A stretch of DNA of 64,000 nt from a virus (taxonomy: Duplodnaviria; Caudoviricetes): positions 10,107 to 74,106 of the IMG/VR virus record IMGVR_UViG_3300014205_000212. One strand, written 5' to 3'. Positions 59,401 to 64,000 of this stretch are shown here, one piece after another; the first letter of the stretch is position 1, and each line of letters begins with the position of its first letter. A model generated the notes under the pieces. The model was given only the letters and a program-made list of their open reading frames with translations, was not told the origin of the DNA and did no database searches. The position numbers and the translations under genes are program-made.

Positions 59401-60866
59401 AATATCTTTAATCTATTTATTGAATTATCATAAAGAGAAAAATCTGTTATTGTAGGCATCCTTACTATTCCCATTACATGAGTAGAACTAGGATAGTCAT
59501 AACCATTTGTTTCATATACTTCTGATTCTATTCCTCCTTTAAAAACAAATACTATTCCTACTGGATATGCTTCATTCCTAAAATATGTTACAAAATTAAG
59601 TACATTATTATAATCTTTATATCCTGTAGATTTAGATATTCCATAAGAATCTTTATAAGGTCTTCCTACTACTAATGAAGCATAAGTCTTAAGATATTCA
59701 TTATGTGTATTTATTCTAGTCCAATTACCTCCATAATATCTACCATTATGTATTGTCTGTGTTTGAGATGTTAATTCTTTAATCGAATCATCTAATAATT
59801 CTGATTCAGGTATATTTATTGTTACTTCTCTTCCAGTTATAATAACATTTATTGTAGATGCTTCTATTTTATATAGTGTATCTATAATCTTAGTATCTCT
59901 TATCACTACATCACTTTCATCACTATAATATCTTACATACGATATTTCAATATATTGATATGAAGTATCAAGATTAGATAAAGTCAATGATATCCTCTTA
60001 TCACTTTTACTTGTTGAACCATCTTCTCTATCTATCCCTTGTATTCCTTCCACAGAATATATATCTCCTGAATCTCCTTTATATATAGAGATAGGTCCAA
60101 TTTCTTGTACTACTTTAGTCCTATTATAATTATCATTAACATATTTAATATATAAAAACATATTCCCTGATCTTAACTCTCCTCCTGTCTGTAATGTTAA
60201 TGAAGATAAATTAGGAAGAGATTTAGTTAATGGAATATGACTTATATAATAAGGGATATCATTATCATCATATTGTCTTGTTGTAAGTTCTCCTGTTTGA
60301 TTGAAACTACTATTTATTACATAATTCATATTATGACCATCACATAAATAAATATTTACTGAATCATCATAGTTTTTATAAACATTTACTTCTACTGGAT
60401 ATATAGAAGATAATCCCATTAATGTATTCCGAAATATTGTTCTTGTAGTTAAATCTGTTTTATCTGTAAAATAATTTGTTAAAGGTTTATATTTTTTTTC
60501 AAATCCTGTAATTAGACTATTATATGTTATTGACCATGCATGCATACTTGTAAATGTCACGGTTACACATTTAGGACTTGGGAAACAACCTATCTCTGAT
60601 TGTCGAGATACATTATTATAAGATATAATATAAAGTATTCCATTATATTCTTTACAGCCTATCATAGTAAATCCTTCTGATAGTTGTATTCCAATTTCAT
60701 TTGTTGGATCATAATCATTACCATTTACATTAGTAATAATTAATCCTTGTCCATCTTTATTTATTGCACGTAAATTTAATGCAGGAAAATCCCATACATC
60801 ATTACCTCTTTTAGAATAATCTAAATCTGTATTTATTCCTTTATGGAAAACATTTATACTCTGCAT
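56478..60866 (-). CDS. Tail stabilization/muzzle protein (P22 gp10-like, crAss Tstab)
   Basis: N-terminal NVFHKGINTD...ALNLR; C-terminal MRGEWLKINL; 1462 aa; gene position. Confidence 0.8.
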   Translation of the reverse strand: MQSINVFHKGINTDLDYSKRGNDVWDFPALNLRAINKDGQGLIITNVNGNDYDPTNEIGIQLSEGFTMIGCKEYNGILYIISYNNVSRQSEIGCFPSPKCVTVTFTSMHAWSITYNSLITGFEKKYKPLTNYFTDKTDLTTRTIFRNTLMGLSSIYPVEVNVYKNYDDSVNIYLCDGHNMNYVINSSFNQTGELTTRQYDDNDIPYYISHIPLTKSLPNLSSLTLQTGGELRSGNMFLYIKYVNDNYNRTKVVQEIGPISIYKGDSGDIYSVEGIQGIDREDGSTSKSDKRISLTLSNLDTSYQYIEISYVRYYSDESDVVIRDTKIIDTLYKIEASTINVIITGREVTINIPESELLDDSIKELTSQTQTIHNGRYYGGNWTRINTHNEYLKTYASLVVGRPYKDSYGISKSTGYKDYNNVLNFVTYFRNEAYPVGIVFVFKGGIESEVYETNGYDYPSSTHVMGIVRMPTITDFSLYDNSINRLKILGIYFENNTANNYLLSNIDAQNYFNDNIIGYYYVRGDRFKNMQYQGITMYGCRGYRFWDSVKENTTEFLDHYDGIKEQVIESASLFLDLNHNYTNDLRYSIYTYYGSLQHGQSINQCNVSTNLYTYLSNIAPTTSICTIGVPTSPIQYSPWVGQSCKKYSEDQSESEYWGANRGKTENIKMFGGKKDVSPTVNISNGLSYNDDEFVIPIYKGFMPNTYWHLKASDNRKVFRNYMSRVFYVEKKYGLFSPDNILNQTSIIDSNYKMIVNGKVDYEENQNVLVGRLLYRSPIDIVSKSDVDTYPMWWKTSIYDIVDESNSTIYTIDTVNVDKFRRTNNAKNGFVSEYTDIGVDTIETSNVTQSGTCMWYFFKEETDERWECSSNRSMSTSKYIGITLDSHVSNLNLRHVSLYKIDPSTLNATTLPTYFDLKHTWYSKISDLILWNTTTHEGFEVTNIGNPYYKGDCFLQSTYIKVMSYRGTSFIPTQVENIYEITGADQDRREDNDEQRLIYNGHGLVMEMITENEINTEMRISQKDRTFYPACGEDGLKSFAVFNPDTSDKTESLAINYGYNVVRSSIRHYHYDRDNDYRQINYETRIRYSDKIIENSYTDAFRNLKIMSYKDYDITPGPIMKLETDNKYLYSFQHRRTNIHFTDQRQMNVPTNEGEVVVGRGDILEQSTHTVLENGIQHRRATVKGFNGIYALDWNKRAIFRVSAKRAPQDLTLSESFSTKVYSLLEGIEKLTDIESQLSDMIYLNQGVSLGYDKKYSDILFTILYGTKSTTYAFNEILEEFTCEYSFTSPIYANINNDFYSLCYSTNNYSGERRIYLHDRPYLFNGTTSNKQTFYGTTRNFDISVICNGNSPLLSKRFDSLEIESGDLGFTQIIYNTSSQTGLHDAFDVNDVRFWLRPEYVEGKWKFPIQVQTTPTNSFFTNNIEMMINSNMRGEWLKINLNYSGIEDLYLKNIITNFENSFT

Positions 60867-61507
60867 TATTCTATTTCATTTAAATGATATAATGGGATAT
60901 TATTCATATTAGGTATCATATTTAATACTACATTTAACATTCTTCTTGAATCATCATTAGTTTCATGTCTTACTCCATTATTTCCTGCACTACATTGAAT
61001 AATCTTCTGTTGGTCTATATATTGCCATTGTTGACCATTAATATTATTAGAAAGAAAATCCTCATAATACAACTTCCATGTACAATATGCTTCACAAGCA
61101 AGTTCATGTCCTTTTAATATAAGAGGATATCCTGTTTTATTATCTACCGGAACACCTGAATAATTAATATAAACATAATCCCTATCTAAATCATCTTTAT
61201 AAAATGTTTGGGTAGTATTAAAGATAAGATGAACACCATCATTATAATAATTCTTAATCCTTGTATTTGATGCATCATAAACATCTAATAGTCTATACAT
61301 ATTACATGGTAACAGTCCTAAATTTCCTGTTACAATGACTTTAAACCTATTATAGTCATACATCGCTACAGGATTACCTAATATTTCAATAGTACATTCT
61401 GCACACCATTCTACTATTTCATCAATAGTAAATGATTTCTTTTTATGTGTCATAGCTAATCTTGCCATGATATTTTCTGCTGTTACATATTTCTGATTCG
61501 TACTCAT
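60866..61507 (-). CDS. Tail tubular/ring protein (crAss Ttub-like)
   Basis: YVTAENIMARL...IVEWCAE...GYPLI; immediately upstream of Tstab. Confidence 0.65.
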   Translation of the reverse strand: MSTNQKYVTAENIMARLAMTHKKKSFTIDEIVEWCAECTIEILGNPVAMYDYNRFKVIVTGNLGLLPCNMYRLLDVYDASNTRIKNYYNDGVHLIFNTTQTFYKDDLDRDYVYINYSGVPVDNKTGYPLILKGHELACEAYCTWKLYYEDFLSNNINGQQWQYIDQQKIIQCSAGNNGVRHETNDDSRRMLNVVLNMIPNMNNIPLYHLNEIE

Positions 61508-61508
61508 A

Positions 61509-61946
61509 TTATTCCCATGTTTTACCTGATTTTTTTAACATCCTAAAATATTTTATATAATCTCCTTTAAAATTATTTATAAAATATACTGTCTTTAATC
61601 TCTTTACTAACCTTGTATCTAATAATGGAAGTAATCTAAATTTCCAACAATAATTGTGTTTTAAATTTACCATCCTTAATGCAAAGAATGGATCCTTATT
61701 TAATACAACCACTAAATTATTTATAAGAACATCTCTCATTACTAACTTCATAAATAACTTAACTATTTTTAATGCTAAGTGTAATGTTCTTTCTGCCCTT
61801 ACTCTCTTTTTAAATACTGTATTAACTGTTGTATGTCCATAGAGTTTATCTAATGTACCATAAGGTCTTTTATATTGGAATAAGACATCATTCTCATTAA
61901 GTAACTCTTTAAAGTTATAACTAAATATTTTCGCTCTCTTTACCAA
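61509..61946 (-). CDS. Basic protein, possibly IHF-like as in crAss tail modules
   Basis: Basic helix IVKLFMKLVMRDVL followed by beta strands; position upstream of the Ttub-like gene. Confidence 0.4.
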   Translation of the reverse strand: MVKRAKIFSYNFKELLNENDVLFQYKRPYGTLDKLYGHTTVNTVFKKRVRAERTLHLALKIVKLFMKLVMRDVLINNLVVVLNKDPFFALRMVNLKHNYCWKFRLLPLLDTRLVKRLKTVYFINNFKGDYIKYFRMLKKSGKTWE

Positions 61947-62373
61947 CTAAATGTGTTTGATTATTACTACTACTCTTTACTAATTCCATATATTCATTAC
62001 TAAACTCAGGTAGTCCTCTATTATCTATATCTTTACCAAATTCTTCTTTCCAATATTTATATACATCATGGACTTCTGATTCTAATGAATATTTTAATCT
62101 TTCATATTCTCTTTTATTCATTACCTGTTCTTGGTCTATTACTGTATCATATTCTACACAATAGAACGATGGTATATAAATAAAAGAACCGTTAACATCT
62201 ACTTTGTAATGGTTATAATATTTATTTAAATATTGAGTTTCACAATCTTCAAGAGTAACTAACTGTATTGCTTTACTTTCATATATCAATTGCTGTTGCA
62301 TGATAAGATATATTGTATTACCTGAACTATCTACAATCTGTAAATTGCCTGTCATAGTTATTGTATTACTCAT
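61921..62373 (-). CDS. Hypothetical tail-module protein
   Basis: 150-aa ORF. Confidence 0.6.
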   Translation of the reverse strand: MSNTITMTGNLQIVDSSGNTIYLIMQQQLIYESKAIQLVTLEDCETQYLNKYYNHYKVDVNGSFIYIPSFYCVEYDTVIDQEQVMNKREYERLKYSLESEVHDVYKYWKEEFGKDIDNRGLPEFSNEYMELVKSSSNNQTHLVGKESENI

Positions 62374-62379
62374 ATCTTA

Positions 62380-63039
62380 TTATTTTATAGGTTGAGTACC
62401 TAGACTGTCTTGTGCATCATTTATTACATCTTTAGGGATATTAAAACTACTCATTATGTCTTGCTTAACAAGTAATTCTAATTTATATGTATCAGGTGTT
62501 GGATAAGGATCATCATCATCCCAATTACAAGCAGTAGTTGGGTCTTCTAATATTCCTACCATACATACATATTTAGAACCTGTTGTAGGTAAATTATTAT
62601 AAAATATCTTATTACCTATAACATTATAAATAGTTTTATTATTTCCATACTCTAATTTTCCTGATACTGTACTTCCTGTCATTGATGTTCTTCTAAATGC
62701 AGTTTTCATATCAGATAATCCTAAATAAGCAATATTACCATTACCTATCTTATTATTTAATGTAGGTACATCAGAATACCATAATACATCTCCTGATTCA
62801 ACTAATACACCATCTATTGTACAATATTGCTTTTCACAAATTATTTCAATACAACATTGTTTTTGCATGTATCCTTCAAGATTCTTTCCGGATTTATAAT
62901 CTGCTTCAACAAGTTTAACATTAATATCATTAATTTTCTTTACTATCCAATCAATAGAAATATCATTATCATCAACTATATGGAAGTTCCTTATAGATTC
63001 TAATACTGAATATGCTATTTCTTTTAATGTAGATGCCAT
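62380..63039 (-). CDS. Tail ring/adaptor protein (crAss-like)
   Basis: TLKEIAYSVL...DDNDISIDWI...GILEDP...YPTP pattern. Confidence 0.65.
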   Translation of the reverse strand: MASTLKEIAYSVLESIRNFHIVDDNDISIDWIVKKINDINVKLVEADYKSGKNLEGYMQKQCCIEIICEKQYCTIDGVLVESGDVLWYSDVPTLNNKIGNGNIAYLGLSDMKTAFRRTSMTGSTVSGKLEYGNNKTIYNVIGNKIFYNNLPTTGSKYVCMVGILEDPTTACNWDDDDPYPTPDTYKLELLVKQDIMSSFNIPKDVINDAQDSLGTQPIK

Positions 63040-63043
63040 TTTA

Positions 63044-64000
63044 TTAATATGTTACTGTACCATAACAATTATTTTTTACTATAAACTCCACATATAATAT
63101 TGCCAATGCTGTTAAATTTGAATTAGCTGTTATCTTTGGAATTATTGAATATGTATTTTCGTTTGTTACCGTATCGAAAGATATTGCACAAGTTAATGTT
63201 CCAGATGTTACAACTACTAATGAATCTAATATTTTACCATCTTTAGTTATAACTCCTTTTTTATATACTCCTCCATATAATAATGTTCCTGTATATGTTT
63301 GTCTTTCTATTCCTTCTGTACAATGAATTGTAAAATCTATAACTCCTCCTATAGTTCTACTTGTATCTGAAGTTATATTTAAAACTCCTACAGCTACATT
63401 ATCTGTTAAATAGTTTCTTGATGGAACAATAATTCTATCATAAAAACTATTAGTAGTAGTATTGGTAACTGAATCTTTAAATGCTCCTTGTATAATTACT
63501 GTTGTTTCTCCTGCTCCTGTAGAAGAACCTCCTTTTAAAGTTAGATTTCCTCCATTTTTATCTGTACTTCCTAAAGTTGAACTTCCTGCATTTATAGTAA
63601 GATTTTTCCCTTCTGTATCAGCAGTTATATTTCTTTCCATCCCAATACTCTTATCTGCTTGACCACTTAAAGAAATAGTCTTTGTCAAAGTAGATACACT
63701 TCCTATACCTAAATATCCTCCTGAAGGAGTTATTAATGTATCTGTCTTTAAAAAATAATCTGTTAATGTATCATTTATTTCCAATTTTGTATAATATCCA
63801 GTTAAAGAATCATGTATGTAAGCTCTAATAGTATCATCACATACTGTGCTTAAATAATAGTCAGCTAAAGAATCATTTATCTTTGAACTTAAATAGTAAT
63901 CAGTAAGAGTATCATTTATTTCTAATTTAGTATAGTAACCATCTAAAGTATCATTAACGTAATCATCATCTACTAATGAATCTCCATATACAAATATAAC
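63044..64000 (-). CDS. Tail fibre-like protein, 5'-truncated by the window edge, with (N/H/D)D(T/S)L repeats
   Basis: The frame is open from 64000 through the tracked start at 63784 (a TTG Leu): VIFVYGDSLVDDDYVNDTLDGYYTKLEINDTLTDYYLSSKINDSLADYY... Confidence 0.75.
   Translation of the reverse strand, partial: VIFVYGDSLVDDDYVNDTLDGYYTKLEINDTLTDYYLSSKINDSLADYYLSTVCDDTIRAYIHDSLTGYYTKLEINDTLTDYFLKTDTLITPSGGYLGIGSVSTLTKTISLSGQADKSIGMERNITADTEGKNLTINAGSSTLGSTDKNGGNLTLKGGSSTGAGETTVIIQGAFKDSVTNTTTNSFYDRIIVPSRNYLTDNVAVGVLNITSDTSRTIGGVIDFTIHCTEGIERQTYTGTLLYGGVYKKGVITKDGKILDSLVVVTSGTLTCAISFDTVTNENTYSIIPKITANSNLTALAILYVEFIVKNNCYGTVTY

Noticed and set aside
34523-63662. + strand ORFs inside the virion arm (e.g. 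44066-44536, 50738-51304, 56786-57115) and - strand ORFs in the left arm
   Set aside because: They are antisense shadows of long real genes, with S/L/F/I-rich compositions typical of AT-rich reverse frames.
63044-63784. Tracked start of the last gene at 63784
   Set aside because: It is an internal TTG (Leu); the frame is open to the window edge.
1-64000. Stop-codon reassignment (TAG or TGA), known in some crAss-like phages
   Set aside because: The standard code gives intact 1.4-5.5 kaa ORFs. TAG serves as a genuine stop followed by a new start (e.g. 15998-16000, next ATG 16003). Only one suspicious TAG was seen.
1-64000. tRNA/rRNA genes, introns or inteins, diversity-generating retroelement
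   Set aside because: I saw no cloverleaf-like segments, intein or homing motifs in DnaB or the RNAP, reverse transcriptase, or TR/VR pairs. A tRNAscan/Infernal run would be needed to exclude small RNAs formally.

Overview
This is a very AT-rich fragment of a crAss-like (Crassvirales-type, Bacteroidota-infecting) phage genome with two convergent arms. The + strand arm (1-26.5 kb) holds many small accessory genes and replication/recombination functions: DnaB helicase, SMC/SbcC-like ATPase, SSB-like protein, PD-(D/E)XK nuclease, DUF932-like, RadC/JAB, stand-alone DnaA C-terminal domain, RusA-like, HNH and a glycosyltransferase. The - strand arm (26.5-64 kb) is the virion module: tail ring/IHF-like/muzzle genes, ejection proteins, a 5514-aa virion RNA polymerase polyprotein (DFDID motif, plus SF1 helicase, two HExxH, PD-(D/E)XK and YVFGDN domains), a two-domain lysin and tail-fibre-like genes. 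The main discovery is five clusters of integron-like gene cassettes in the + arm. They comprise 16 attC-like TAAC...GTTA hairpin sites, most 122-128 nt or 88-90 nt long. Each cassette's two ends are reverse-complementary over about 13 bp with a near-invariant G.T wobble at position 11. Polarity is inverted relative to classical integrons: genes often start inside the hairpin and often stop at the TAA of TAAC. A conserved non-hairpin attI-like site closes the arrays, in two cases followed by a small DNA-binding gene. No integrase is visible in the window. All product calls rest on motifs read by eye; no searches were run.
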